Of a stretch of DNA of 64,000 bases, positions 8,551 through 19,533 are shown one piece after another. A program made the translations under genes and the position numbers. Origin of the DNA: Dehalococcoidia bacterium (GTDB lineage Bacteria > Chloroflexota > Dehalococcoidia > Plut-88900). Each line of letters starts with the position of its first letter. Positions within the stretch are counted from its first letter, which is position 1. The DNA is taken from contig OZ240215.1 in assembly GCA_965197585.1 (NCBI GenBank), positions 2,944,001 through 3,008,000 on the forward strand, read 5' to 3'. The notes below the pieces were generated by a model. It ran no database searches. It worked only from the letters and a program-made list of their open reading frames with translations, and had not been told where the DNA came from.

Positions 8551-8937
8551 TTGTTGATTGTGTGGGTTGGGGCGGGGGGTGTGGTGGGGGCTGTGGCGCG
8601 CTACCTGGTGGTGGTTTGGCTCAATGGTGGGATGGGCGGGGTAGGGTTTCCGTATGGGACGCTGGCTGTGAACGGGGTGGGGTGTTTTCTTATCGGGCTG
8701 GTTGTGGGGTTTGCGGAGGCGCATAGGCCGCTGAGCCCCGAGGTCCAGGCATTCCTTGTCATAGGCGTTCTCGGGGGGTTTACGACGTTCTCGGCGTTCG
8801 GGATGGATACGATCAGGTTGTTCAGGGACCACGCCTACCTCGCAGGCTCGGCTAACGTGTTGCTGCAGGTGGCGGTGGGGCTGGGGGCGGTGGTGGTCGG
8901 GCTTCGGGTCGGGCAGGCGCTCAAGGCCGTGTGGTAG
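8551..8937 (+). CDS. crcB: fluoride channel CrcB/FluC
   Basis: GGVVGAVARY, FPYGTLAVN and GVLGGFTTFSAF motifs. Confidence 0.95.
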   Translation: MLIVWVGAGGVVGAVARYLVVVWLNGGMGGVGFPYGTLAVNGVGCFLIGLVVGFAEAHRPLSPEVQAFLVIGVLGGFTTFSAFGMDTIRLFRDHAYLAGSANVLLQVAVGLGAVVVGLRVGQALKAVW

Positions 8938-9101
8938 CCGAGGGTAAGGCGCCCACGAGTGACGCCCTTACGGGGGAAAGGAACAGGCCCCTCTCCAGAT
9001 TCCTCGCGGGGCCTCGGGCATGTTCGTTTGGGGAGCCTTGCCACGGACTGGGCCCTGGGCTAGAGTCGGGCTATGCATCCCTTGCGAGGAGGACTTTGGT
9101 G

Positions 9102-10325
9102 ATGATTGATGGTCGAGCGTTGGCGGAGGGGGAGGGGTGGGGGCCGGCTTTTTCTGCCGAGGAGTATGGGGATCGGGTCGAGAAGGTGCGTCGGGAGATG
9201 GGGTGCCGGGGAATCGACCTTCTGCTGGTCTCGTCGCCGCCCAACATCACATACCTGACGGGCTACGACATGATCTGGTACTACCTGACCAGCCCCGTGA
9301 GCGTAGCCGTTCACGCCGAATCCGGGCAGACACTATTCTTCGAGGTGCCTTATCATCAGCCGACCGTCGAGTGGCACGCGGTGGTCGACGATGCGGAGTA
9401 TTTCCGGGATGGGCTGTCTCCTGCCGAGTCGATAATCAGTGCGCTGAAGGGGCGGGGGTGGGTTAAGGGGAACGTGGGTGTCGAAGAGTGGAGCCGGGCG
9501 CCGAGCGGGGTGGTAATCAACGAGATAAAGCAGGGCCTGGCCGGTGCGGGCGCGAATGTCGTGGACGGATCGTGGGTCGTGGACCGGGTCAGGCTTATCA
9601 AGTCGGCGGCGGAGGTAGAGGTGATGCGGAAGGCGGCGTCCATAGCGGACAGGGCCATGGAGACGGTGCGCGGACACATTCGGCCGGGAGTAACGGAAAT
9701 CGAACTGGCAGGTGTCGTGCTGCAGGCAATGATGAAGGAGGGCGGCGGAGACCCAGCGATCCGCGCTGCGGTGAGGTCAGGGCCGAGGTTCGGGGCACGG
9801 CACTCGGCGCCCAGCCACCGGAAGCTGCAGCAAGGCAACCTGGTGTGGATCAACCACTGCGGGTCATATCATCGATACCACGCGGACCTGGGTCGGCTAT
9901 TCTCGCTGGGTGAGCCTTCGCGGAACTGGAGGTGGTTGATGGACAAGACGTGCGGGAGCGTCGATCACGTGATTTCGAAGGTGCGGCCGGGGGACCCCAC
10001 GGGAGTGGCTCAGAAAGCCATGGACGAGTACGTAGACTCGATGGGGCTGCGGCCCTATGTGGCCTACGTGAGCGGGTATAACATGGGGATTGCGATACCG
10101 CCGGATTGGGTCGGGCACACGTTTATCGACCCGGACACGGGCTTCGAGACAGCGAGCTACGATCCGGGCATGATCACGAACTATGAAAACCTGTTCACGG
10201 TTCTCGATTCCGACCCCGGCTGGAAGGGTGGCACGGGCGGCGGCTTCATCGAGACGATTCTGATGACCGACACGGGCCTCGAGACACTCTCAGGGTTGGG
10301 CAGGAACGTGACGGTTATCGAGTAG
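9102..10325 (+). CDS. M24 family (Xaa-Pro peptidase/creatinase-like) hydrolase
   Basis: Creatinase N domain (NITYLTGY), RLIKSAAE and RPGVTEIE motifs. GAGGAGG SD at ~9087. Confidence 0.85.
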   Translation: MIDGRALAEGEGWGPAFSAEEYGDRVEKVRREMGCRGIDLLLVSSPPNITYLTGYDMIWYYLTSPVSVAVHAESGQTLFFEVPYHQPTVEWHAVVDDAEYFRDGLSPAESIISALKGRGWVKGNVGVEEWSRAPSGVVINEIKQGLAGAGANVVDGSWVVDRVRLIKSAAEVEVMRKAASIADRAMETVRGHIRPGVTEIELAGVVLQAMMKEGGGDPAIRAAVRSGPRFGARHSAPSHRKLQQGNLVWINHCGSYHRYHADLGRLFSLGEPSRNWRWLMDKTCGSVDHVISKVRPGDPTGVAQKAMDEYVDSMGLRPYVAYVSGYNMGIAIPPDWVGHTFIDPDTGFETASYDPGMITNYENLFTVLDSDPGWKGGTGGGFIETILMTDTGLETLSGLGRNVTVIE

Positions 10326-10465
10326 GGTGGGGGGTAGGCCCAGCCCCAGATCCCTCCCGCCTCGGCGGACTTTCAGCACGGGGCCTCGGGATGACACGGT
10401 TGGGGGTGGGGGGATTCCCTGTACTATCGAGTGCAGGTAGAACAAGGCGGGATGGAAGGTGACCC

Positions 10466-12193
10466 ATGGTGGGTGTGATTGCAACGCTGGTGGCCCTTGC
10501 GGCCATTGGTCTGTTGTTCGTGCTGGACCCCGGCGGGGCTATCGCCGAGAGTGGCTTTCCCGATTTCCGGGAGATGGACTGGAAGCAGCTGACAGCCTGG
10601 GGCTTCCGGACGATTGGCGTGGGCGTCGGGGCGCTGCTCTCGCTGTTGCTGTGGCTCAAGTTTCGGTCCTGGAAGGAGATCAAGTACCCGGGCTCATCGG
10701 AGCCGGTAACCCGGCAGCCGAGCGAACTGTCGGCGGCGGCGGTGTCGGTGCTGGAAGGCCGGACGGTCAGCGACCGAACGCTGCTGGCGGCGATAGTCGA
10801 GATGTGCCAGCGCGGCACGCTGCAATTGGAGTGTGTCGGAGCAGAGGGAGGTTACCGGTACCGGCTATCGAAGAAGGGGTCCGCGCAGTTTGACTGGGAG
10901 CAGTTGATTTGCAACAGATTGCCAGCGCGCCCCACAACGATTCAAGAGCTGCACGACGTGATAAACGAGCGGGAGGATGTCATCGGCGACCAGTTGGGGA
11001 AGCACCTCCAGGGCCGGGGCCTCTTCGATGACAACGCGATGCGGGTAATGAGGGAACATGGAGGTGATGGGTTCGAACTGGAGTTATTGGCCGGGATTTT
11101 GCTCGGCGTTGGCGGCGGGTTTTGGACGGCTTTATGGCTGTTCCAATGGTGGGCGAACTCCCTGATCGGCGCGGCGATCGGCTTCATATATTTGTTGGTT
11201 GCGATGTCGACGAACGTGGGTAAGCTGCGGCCAACGGACGCCGGGGCATATGAGATAGGTCAGTGGCTTAGTTTGAAAGAATCCCTGCCCAGACCTGACC
11301 GTCCTCCCGGTCGGGACGAACCCGACTCCATGTTGGCCTATGCTATCGCACTGGATGCGGCAAAGCCCTGGCTGGATGTCTCGGTCCCGGCCCCATCATG
11401 GTTCGGCTCAGGTGAGGCAGCCTCCCTGGGGGCCCACGACCTGGGCTTGGCCTATCACGGCTTTATGTCCGCACCGGCGTGGGGTCTCGCCGGACGGTCC
11501 TCAGGCGCGGCAGAAGCGGCAGCGGGGCCGGGCAGCGAGGCAGAGCAGGAACTGATGCGGTACATCGGGGAGGCTGAAAGGACGGCGAATAGCGAGGTCG
11601 GTGGGGGAACGGTGTATGAGAGACCACTAGCTGAGGGCGTCACGCGTGAGTCGGAGGCGCGAGGGGAAACAATGACAGATCCATCGAGTTCGCCGCTGGA
11701 CTATCGGAAGTACCGGGTTGCGGGGCAGGTAGAGGAGCCGCCGAAGGGTGGAGGGGGGTGCGGCAGGTGCTGCAAGTGGGTGTTCCGTCTGCTCGGCGTG
11801 GGGGTGCTGGTCGCGGCGGCCGTGATTGGCTACAACCTGGTCTCACCGGCTGTCGAACCGTGTCCGGAGAACTCTCCGACTATCCCGCCACCCGGGCCGT
11901 TACTTGCGGTGCTTGACGTGTACGTGGACGAGTGCGTGAGCGTTGACGGGGAGGTGGTGTCGCAGGGTGTCGGCGAGCTGGTGGTGGAGATGGACCGGGG
12001 AGATTTCGTGCAGTGGGTGCTAGTCCGTGGACCGGAGGAAGTCTTTGAGGGGGTTTTCGTAGGCGAGAGTGTTCACGTGACCGGACGGATCGGGGAGGAT
12101 GAGGAAGCGGGATACGTGGTCCATTACGGAGTGGACCGCGGGTGGTGGGGGAATCTCCGGGAGAATCTGCCGGGGGACGTTTTCTCGCCGTAG
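10466..12193 (+). CDS. DUF2207-like membrane protein with C-terminal extension
   Basis: ELSAAAVSVL…LLAAIVEMCQRG and MLAYAIALD…W motifs; several TM segments. Confidence 0.6.
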   Translation: MVGVIATLVALAAIGLLFVLDPGGAIAESGFPDFREMDWKQLTAWGFRTIGVGVGALLSLLLWLKFRSWKEIKYPGSSEPVTRQPSELSAAAVSVLEGRTVSDRTLLAAIVEMCQRGTLQLECVGAEGGYRYRLSKKGSAQFDWEQLICNRLPARPTTIQELHDVINEREDVIGDQLGKHLQGRGLFDDNAMRVMREHGGDGFELELLAGILLGVGGGFWTALWLFQWWANSLIGAAIGFIYLLVAMSTNVGKLRPTDAGAYEIGQWLSLKESLPRPDRPPGRDEPDSMLAYAIALDAAKPWLDVSVPAPSWFGSGEAASLGAHDLGLAYHGFMSAPAWGLAGRSSGAAEAAAGPGSEAEQELMRYIGEAERTANSEVGGGTVYERPLAEGVTRESEARGETMTDPSSSPLDYRKYRVAGQVEEPPKGGGGCGRCCKWVFRLLGVGVLVAAAVIGYNLVSPAVEPCPENSPTIPPPGPLLAVLDVYVDECVSVDGEVVSQGVGELVVEMDRGDFVQWVLVRGPEEVFEGVFVGESVHVTGRIGEDEEAGYVVHYGVDRGWWGNLRENLPGDVFSP

Positions 12194-12486
12194 GGTTGGG
12201 GGAATCCTCGCGAGGGAGGGGGTGGGGGGCTGGTAGAGCCAACCAAGCTGGACAAAAGCGAGAACTTTTTCGCGCAGATTTGTTTTGGGTCTATATTCAA
12301 GCCTTTATCCCACCTTATCGGGCAAAGTGATCAACGAAGACAGAACTGGCATGTCGGTAACAGCTGCGGGCAACCAGATTGACAATGGGCAGCATTGGCC
12401 GGTACTGTTTCGATGGTAAGGCGGGCATTTTGTGCTCCGTATACGCCAATGTTACCAGGCCAACGAGGAAGGGGTGTGACCGCGAG

Positions 12487-14862
12487 GTGATTGGTAAAAC
12501 CATAACTGAGTCGGCTGGCGTCTGGCGGTCGCTTGGAATTCCAATACTGCTCTCCCTGCTGATCGCCCTGGCTGCCTTGGCCTGCATCGACCCGGAGCCG
12601 GTTGGGGTAGCCCCAACGCAGCCACCTGAGCGGCCTGCGGCGACGACTTCACCCGCACTGACGGAGGCCCAGGGGGCTGCGACCGCTGCCGCACCCACTC
12701 CCGAACCCACTCCAGCGCCACTCGAAGAGATCAACTTCGCGGGTGTGGTCACGAGAACCAACCTGCCAAGCCAGGTGCAAATCGTCTTTTCCCTCAGGGA
12801 CCAGAACGGGCACGCAATAGTTTTACCGGCGGAGGATGTGCAGAGAGCCACCAAGATATATGAGTGCGAGTCGAGGACAGAGGAAGGATGCAGACAGGGG
12901 ACGGAGGACTGGGAGGAGATCGACTATACGGAGACCAGCTTCTTCGTTCACACAGCGGAGAACTTCGACCTTGAGGTTGTGTTCGTGCTGGACTTCACCA
13001 ACAGCATGGCCCAGGCGAGGCTTCCTGACGGACGAAGCGGCATTGCGGCCATGTTGGAGGCCTTCGGCGGGGGACTGGGTGTACTGCCGGACGCCCACAG
13101 GATCGGTGTCGTCGAGTTCCACGACAGGAACGCAGAGCCGGGAGTCCTATCAGCCCTCACAACGAATCGCCAAGCCATTCGCGACAGCACCTCTCAGTTC
13201 TCTCAAAGCGGCTTCGATCCCGGCTCGTCGAGGGTCTGGGACAGTGTGGTCTCCGGGGCAAACCTCTTCTCCACCTTCGCGCAGAACCCGCGCGCCATCA
13301 GGGCACTGGTGTTCCTCTCCGACGGGAGGGACACGAGCAGCGTCAATACGCGCGATGATGCTCGAATCCACGCACAGGCCCTCGATGTCCAGCTCTATGC
13401 CTTGGGCGTCGGCGAGGTCTTTCAGGAGGAAGAGTTGAGGGAGATGGCCGGTTCGACCAGAGGCGGATACTACCCGGTGCACGATGTATCGCTGCTTCAG
13501 GAGCAGCTTCAACTCCTGGTCAACGACCTGCGCGGACAGTATCAGCTTAGCTACATCACATTGAGAAGAACTGGCGAATACAGTACCCGAGTAGAGGTCG
13601 AATTGGACGGCGTTATAGGTAGCCTGCAGACCGCTCCCCTCCATGCAGCCACCTTCTTCGGCCCCGACAACCAGGGGGCCATCCAGTTCGATCCGCCTTC
13701 CATTGACCGCAACGAAGGCAAGGCTACGATCTTCGTTCGCGCACTCCACATGCCGAGGAACATCGATCGGGTCCGTTTCAAGGTCGACACATTCAAGCCG
13801 GTCCAAGTGGACTTGGTGGCGGGGCAAGATGGTGGGCTGCTGGACGGTTGGAACCTGTCAGGACCTGACACAGAGGGCTTTTATGAGGTCTCCTCGCCTG
13901 TTCCCGTCGAGTTCGGCAACTTCGGACTACTGTTCCGGCTGACGATATCCGATGTTATCGAGGAAAGCTTGGAGATACCGGTCGAGTTCGACAACACGAT
14001 ATACACCGCAGGAAAGAGTCTGGAGCGTACGACATTCATCGCCATAGGTCAGACGCGGATAGCGTTTACTAACGATCGAGACGGGAATTGGGACATATAT
14101 GCCATGAACTCCGATGGATCGGGCGAGACAAGACTGACGGAGCAGTCCGGGTATGATTGGGGCCCGGTTTGGTCTCCCGACGGTCAGCTTATAGCGTTTG
14201 CTTCCGAGCGAAACGGAGACTGGAATATATTCGTGATGAATGCCGACGGGTCGGGCGTGACACAACTGACGAACCATCCTGGATATGATGTGGAACCCGC
14301 CTGGTCCGCCAGTGGGGAACAAATAGCGTTTTCCTCTACCGGTGACGAAGGCCCAGATATATACGTGATGAACGCCGACGGGTCGGGCGTGACACAACTG
14401 ACGAACCATCCCGGATATGATGTGGAACCTGCCTGGTCTCCCGATGGTCGGCTTATAGCGTTTGCTTCAGATCGTGACGGGAATGTGGACACAGTGGAGA
14501 CTGGGGACATATTCGTCATGAACTCCGACGGATCGGACGTGAGGCGATTGACTGACAATCCCTTGCAGGATAGGTCTCCAGCCTGGTCGCCCAGTGGGCA
14601 GCAAATAGCGTTTTCCTCTAGCCGGGACGGAGACTCGGAAATATATGTCATGAACGCCGACGGGTCCGACGTGAGGCGGTTGACAGACAATCCCGGGTGG
14701 GATGGGTCTCCAGCCTGGTCACCCGGTGGGAGGCAAATAGCGTTTTCCTCTGAACGGGACGGAGACTGGAATATATACGTCATGAACGCCGACGGGTCGG
14801 GGTTGAGGCAGTTGACAGACAATCCCGGGAGGGATGTGGATTTAGACTGGTCACCTCAATAG
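12487..14862 (+). CDS. lipoprotein with VWA domain and TolB/PD40 beta-propeller repeats
   Basis: Lipobox ALAC, VLDFTNSM MIDAS-like motif, FLSDG, and ~6 PAWSPDG…IAF…IYVMNADGS repeats. Confidence 0.85.
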   Translation: MIGKTITESAGVWRSLGIPILLSLLIALAALACIDPEPVGVAPTQPPERPAATTSPALTEAQGAATAAAPTPEPTPAPLEEINFAGVVTRTNLPSQVQIVFSLRDQNGHAIVLPAEDVQRATKIYECESRTEEGCRQGTEDWEEIDYTETSFFVHTAENFDLEVVFVLDFTNSMAQARLPDGRSGIAAMLEAFGGGLGVLPDAHRIGVVEFHDRNAEPGVLSALTTNRQAIRDSTSQFSQSGFDPGSSRVWDSVVSGANLFSTFAQNPRAIRALVFLSDGRDTSSVNTRDDARIHAQALDVQLYALGVGEVFQEEELREMAGSTRGGYYPVHDVSLLQEQLQLLVNDLRGQYQLSYITLRRTGEYSTRVEVELDGVIGSLQTAPLHAATFFGPDNQGAIQFDPPSIDRNEGKATIFVRALHMPRNIDRVRFKVDTFKPVQVDLVAGQDGGLLDGWNLSGPDTEGFYEVSSPVPVEFGNFGLLFRLTISDVIEESLEIPVEFDNTIYTAGKSLERTTFIAIGQTRIAFTNDRDGNWDIYAMNSDGSGETRLTEQSGYDWGPVWSPDGQLIAFASERNGDWNIFVMNADGSGVTQLTNHPGYDVEPAWSASGEQIAFSSTGDEGPDIYVMNADGSGVTQLTNHPGYDVEPAWSPDGRLIAFASDRDGNVDTVETGDIFVMNSDGSDVRRLTDNPLQDRSPAWSPSGQQIAFSSSRDGDSEIYVMNADGSDVRRLTDNPGWDGSPAWSPGGRQIAFSSERDGDWNIYVMNADGSGLRQLTDNPGRDVDLDWSPQ

Positions 14863-15338
14863 CTTGGAGCTAAGCGCACAGCTATGATGAGGACAAATGA
14901 ACGAATTTTGTGGTCGACAGGATATTGACCGTTTTTGACTATGGCTGTCGCGGCATGCGGGGATAGGTGACCAATCGTGGCGACTCAGGGGCAGTGGTTC
15001 TGAGAGTGGTTGCTACGGCTTCGCCTGATACGTTAGAGACTGAAGCAGCAGATGGGACTGCGTCGGCAGCGCTCTTCAAGGACAGGGAGCGCTCTACTGC
15101 GCCGAAGTGACTTTCGACATCGAGGCCCACGATACGCACTGCTTCTCTAATCGGGCCATCGAACATGCAGCCCCATCCTACCCCCGGTGCTACCATCGGC
15201 TACAAGCGCTACTCCACCCCGTAAACCCTGTCCGTTGGTGCAGCTACTGGGCCATATTGCCGCCGTCGGGGGTCATGGTGTGGCCAGTGACGAATTAGGC
15301 AGCCTCGGAGCGTAGCCTCGCACCTGCCCCGCCAAGGG

Positions 15339-16919
15339 TCAGGTAGACGCCCGGCCGCGGCGGAGGGAGCGGCCGGGGAGGGTTCCGGTGTGGTTGCCGT
15401 TGTCTACTACGAATCGGCCGTTTACCAGGACGTGCTCGATGCCTGTGGGGTATTGCTTTGGCTGGTGGCGCGTGGCGGGAGACTTCACGGTGGCCGGGTC
15501 GAAGATGACGATGTCGGCTTTCATGTTGTCGAGGAGCAGGCCCCGGTCGGGTATGCCCAGGCGCAGGGCCGCGAAAGACGTCATCTTCCTGACCGCCTCC
15601 TCCAGGGTGATGGCGCCCTCGTCCCGGACGTAGTGGGAGAGGATGGTGGGGAAGGTGCCGTAGGTCCTCGGGCTGGGATAGTCGCCCAGGAGGAGGGCGT
15701 CGGTGCCGACCATGGTGAGAGGATGGGTCATGAAGTCGGGCAAGGTGGACAGGTTCGGGCCGGGTGAGACGTAGGAGGTCTGAAGGTCTTCGTCGAGGAG
15801 GATGTCGCACAGGGCGTCTACCTCGCTCTTGCCCATCATCTCCGCAATCTCGGCGACGGATCGGCCCTCGAACCTCTGGTTGTGGGGCCGCTTGAAATAG
15901 GTCAGCCAGATGTCGTGCCACGAGCCGGTGCCCCGGGCACGGACCTCGTCCCTCAGGCGCTCCCGGCCCTCGTCGGAACGGAGGACTTCCTTGAGCTTTC
16001 TCGGGCCTCCGTTGTGGGCCCACTGGGGGAACAGGATCAGCGCCCGGGTGCTGCTGTACTCGTAGGGATAGCAGTCCATGGTCACGTCCTGCCCGGCGTC
16101 GGCGGACCCCTCCACCAGGTCCAGGAGCTGACGGGCACTCCCCGGATGGGTGATTCGCTGATAAAAGTGGGTGAGATGGCAAGGGAGGCCCCCTCTTTGG
16201 CCGATCTCCAGCGCCTCTTTAACCGGATCCAGAAACCGATCGCCGAGGGTGTTGCGCAGGTGGGTGTGATAGATGCCCCCCAGCCGGGCGGCTTCCTCGG
16301 AGAGACTGACGAGCTCATCGGTGTTGGCGTAGCTGCCTGGGGGATAGTCGAGACCCGTGGATATGCCGAACGCCCCCTCCTCAAGCCCCTCGCGCATCAT
16401 GGCCCTCATGTTGGCGAGATCGGCGTCGGTGGCGGGCTTGTCGTCCCAGCCCATGGCGCAGATCCGGATGGGGGAGTTGCCGATGACGTAGGCGATGTTC
16501 ACGGCGACCTTGTTGTCGAACATGGACAGGTACTCGGCGACGGTAGACCAGCGGCCGGGGAGGGGTGGCGACCCGTCCAGGCCCGAGTTCAACTCGACGA
16601 AGTCCAGGAAGTCCTCGTGAGACGTGAAGGGAGCGTAGGAGTTGCCGTCGACACCCACGAGCTCGGTGGTGATGCCCTGACGGACCTTGGGATGGTGCTC
16701 GGGCTCGGCGAGGATGACGAGACCCGTGTGGGCGTGCATGTCGATGAACCCGGGACAGACAACCTTGCCGGTGGCGTCGATGGTCCGGAGGGCCTCGATA
16801 TGCGAGTAGTCGCCCCGGAATATGACGACGTTCTCACCCTGAACGCCCACTCCGGCGTAGAAGCCGGGGTTACCCGTACCATCGACCACCAGTCCGTTCT
16901 TGATCAAGATGTCCAACAA
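15339..16919 (-). CDS. N-acyl-D-amino-acid deacylase (amidohydrolase)
   Basis: NGLVVDGTG, PGFIDMHAH, STGLDYPPG and PRTYGTFP motifs; GGAGG SD. Confidence 0.92.
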   Translation of the reverse strand: MLDILIKNGLVVDGTGNPGFYAGVGVQGENVVIFRGDYSHIEALRTIDATGKVVCPGFIDMHAHTGLVILAEPEHHPKVRQGITTELVGVDGNSYAPFTSHEDFLDFVELNSGLDGSPPLPGRWSTVAEYLSMFDNKVAVNIAYVIGNSPIRICAMGWDDKPATDADLANMRAMMREGLEEGAFGISTGLDYPPGSYANTDELVSLSEEAARLGGIYHTHLRNTLGDRFLDPVKEALEIGQRGGLPCHLTHFYQRITHPGSARQLLDLVEGSADAGQDVTMDCYPYEYSSTRALILFPQWAHNGGPRKLKEVLRSDEGRERLRDEVRARGTGSWHDIWLTYFKRPHNQRFEGRSVAEIAEMMGKSEVDALCDILLDEDLQTSYVSPGPNLSTLPDFMTHPLTMVGTDALLLGDYPSPRTYGTFPTILSHYVRDEGAITLEEAVRKMTSFAALRLGIPDRGLLLDNMKADIVIFDPATVKSPATRHQPKQYPTGIEHVLVNGRFVVDNGNHTGTLPGRSLRRGRAST

Positions 16920-17042
16920 GGGCGCACCTCCTGTCACAGGTGAAAAGGGTCGGAGGGAAGTTAGCACCTGGGGTGTCGGGAAGGCAAGAATGGGTGTGTA
17001 GGGAGGACTTGGGCGGTGATGGATGGGCGAGCTTTGGGGCAG

Positions 17043-17804
17043 CTACTGGGCCATGTAGCCGCCGTCGAGGGTCATGGTGTGGCCGGTGACGAATGAAGCG
17101 GCGTCCGAGCATAACCAGACAACGGCCTCGGCGATCTCCTCGGGTCTGCCCATTCTGCCCATGGGGGTCTGGGAGACCATCCTTCGCTCCAAATCGGGGT
17201 TGGCCTGGATTCTGGGGATGGTCATGGGTGTGAGGATGTAGCCGGGGCATACGGCGTTGATCCGTATGCCGGCGGTTGCGTATTCCAATGCGGCGGTCCT
17301 GGTTATGCCGACGACCCCGTGCTTGGCGGCGTTGTAGGCGATGTACCCGCCGTGGCCTGCCAGCCCGTAGATGGAGGCCGTGTTGACTATGGCTCCACCG
17401 CCCTGCCTCTCCATGACGGGAATCTCGTACTTCATGCAGAGCCAGACGCCCTTCAGGTTGACGTCGATTATGCGGTCCCACTCTTCCTCTCGGTAGTCAG
17501 CGGTCTTGGCGACCTCACCCCCGACACCTGCGTTGTTGAAGGCGCAGTCTAATCTTCCGTAGGTCTGCACTATTCTGTCGATGACCGAGGCTACGTTGTC
17601 TGCCTTGGTGACGTCCAGCTCGAACACTGTGGCGCTGCCTCCAATGTCTTCTATCATGCAGGCTGTCTCTGCGGCACCGGTAGGCTCCCGGTCTGCAATC
17701 GCTACCCTAGCCCCTTGGCGGGCGAAAGCGAGGCTCGTGGCTCGGCCGATACCGGAGGCGCCACCTGTAACCAGAGCTACTTTATCCCTAAAGATATCCA
17801 TCAT
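17043..17804 (-). CDS. short-chain dehydrogenase/reductase
   Basis: TGGASGIG, NNAG and YNAAK motifs. Confidence 0.95.
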   Translation of the reverse strand: MMDIFRDKVALVTGGASGIGRATSLAFARQGARVAIADREPTGAAETACMIEDIGGSATVFELDVTKADNVASVIDRIVQTYGRLDCAFNNAGVGGEVAKTADYREEEWDRIIDVNLKGVWLCMKYEIPVMERQGGGAIVNTASIYGLAGHGGYIAYNAAKHGVVGITRTAALEYATAGIRINAVCPGYILTPMTIPRIQANPDLERRMVSQTPMGRMGRPEEIAEAVVWLCSDAASFVTGHTMTLDGGYMAQ

Positions 17805-18155
17805 TTGCAAGCTCCTTGTTCCAGGTGGGCAATGGCACGGGGGTCGTTGGTGTGGTGCATGTCTTTGGTGGGGACAGGAGGACTATCGATGGTCGGCTCA
17901 TGGACGACAGAATAAGACTGGGATGTTGAGAAGACAACAGGGAGGGGGGCGGGGGGATGGTATTACAGGCGGGATCCCAAGGGTACGGCGACACTTGGTG
18001 GTGGTTGTTTCAGCGTCCACGGCTGTCTTCGGGCATAATGATGATGTAGAGGCGATGGTGTATTGCGGGGAGCAACGACTAATCCCAGCGCGAACAAATT
18101 GCCATGGGTCTCGAGACTCCGCCCAGCGCCCGAGCAAGAGCTTACCGGAGGTTTT

Positions 18156-19409
18156 ATGACTGTCACAACTAAACATCGCAGCGCCCAGAAAGACGTAATG
18201 CTCCACTTCGAGACTGCGGCGGCGCGGCTCGGGTTGGACTCGGGGACATGCCAAATGCTGCGCGAACCGTGGCGCGACCTGAGGGTATCGCTGCCGGTGC
18301 GGATGGACGACGGGCGCATTGAAGTTTTCCACGGATATCGTGTGCAGCACAACGGGGCTCGGGGGCCGTACAAAGGAGGCGTGCGATACCACCCACGGGC
18401 CGACGAGGACGAGGTGCGGGCCCTGGCATCCTTGATGACCTGGAAGACCGCACTGCTGGACCTGCCCTTCGGCGGGGCCAAAGGTGGCATTCAGCTTGAC
18501 CCACACGCTCTGAGCGAGCGGGAACTCAATGCAGTCACCCGACGCTACACTCAGAATATCGAACACCTTCTTGGACCCTACAGGGACATTCCCGCTCCCG
18601 ACCTCGGCACCAACGCCAACACCATGGCCTGGATTATGGACGAATATAGCCAGACCCACGGCTACACGCTGCCGGTTGTGACCGGCAAGCCGGTGGAGGT
18701 CGGCGGGTCGGTGGGTAGGGAACAGGCCACGGGGCGCGGGGCCCTGTACGTGCTGCAGGAAGCTGCCAAGGACATGTCGCTGGACTTGGCCAAGGCGCGG
18801 ATAACCGTCCAGGGTTTCGGGAACGTGGGGTCGTGGTTCTGCCGACTGGCCCATCAGGCGGGCTCGCAAATCGTGGCAGTGGCCGACGTTCGGGGTGCGG
18901 TACACAACAGCGCCGGATTGAATATTCCCGAGCTGGTCGAGTTTGTGTCCGGCAATGGCTCGGTGGAGGGGTTCCCGGGGGGCGAGCGGTGTGCGCCGGG
19001 CGACATCCTGGAAATGGATGCCGACGTATTCGTTCCCGCCGCTATAGAAAACGTGATTGGAGAGGAAGAGGCGCGTCGGCTCCCGGTGCGATTAGTCCTG
19101 GAGGCTGCCAACCATCCCACCACTCCCGAAGGAGACACGATATTGCAGGAAAGGGGTGTGCAGGTACTTCCCGACCTCCTGGTAAACGCCGGCGGCGTTA
19201 CGGTTTCCTACTTCGAGTGGACGCAAAACATCCAGCAGTTCGACTGGAGCGAGGAACGGGTCAACGAAGAGCTGTACAAGCGGATCGTGCCAGCCTACCA
19301 CGGCGTAGCCGAAAGGGCCCGAGAAAGCGGGCTGTCGCTGAGGCAGGCAGCCTTCGATATCGGGGTGGAGCGGGTGGCCCGCACGGTACAGCTGAGGGGT
19401 TTCGTTTAA
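18156..19409 (+). CDS. Glu/Leu/Phe/Val dehydrogenase (glutamate dehydrogenase-like)
   Basis: GPYKGGVRYHP, GGAKGG, DIPAPD and QGFGNVG motifs; GGAGG SD. Confidence 0.93.
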   Translation: MTVTTKHRSAQKDVMLHFETAAARLGLDSGTCQMLREPWRDLRVSLPVRMDDGRIEVFHGYRVQHNGARGPYKGGVRYHPRADEDEVRALASLMTWKTALLDLPFGGAKGGIQLDPHALSERELNAVTRRYTQNIEHLLGPYRDIPAPDLGTNANTMAWIMDEYSQTHGYTLPVVTGKPVEVGGSVGREQATGRGALYVLQEAAKDMSLDLAKARITVQGFGNVGSWFCRLAHQAGSQIVAVADVRGAVHNSAGLNIPELVEFVSGNGSVEGFPGGERCAPGDILEMDADVFVPAAIENVIGEEEARRLPVRLVLEAANHPTTPEGDTILQERGVQVLPDLLVNAGGVTVSYFEWTQNIQQFDWSEERVNEELYKRIVPAYHGVAERARESGLSLRQAAFDIGVERVARTVQLRGFV

Positions 19410-19533
19410 GCGGGGCTCGGGAGGGCGAGAGGCGTTTTTCTTCCAGGGGGAGCCCGTTCTGCCCGTGCGCCATCAAGGGACGTGACGGTCCTCTCTTGAC
19501 ACGTTTGGGCCTCAAGGCCCTACCGTACAATTG

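Noticed and set aside
14900-15300. Possible gene remnant
   Set aside because: Stops in all frames and no recognisable family
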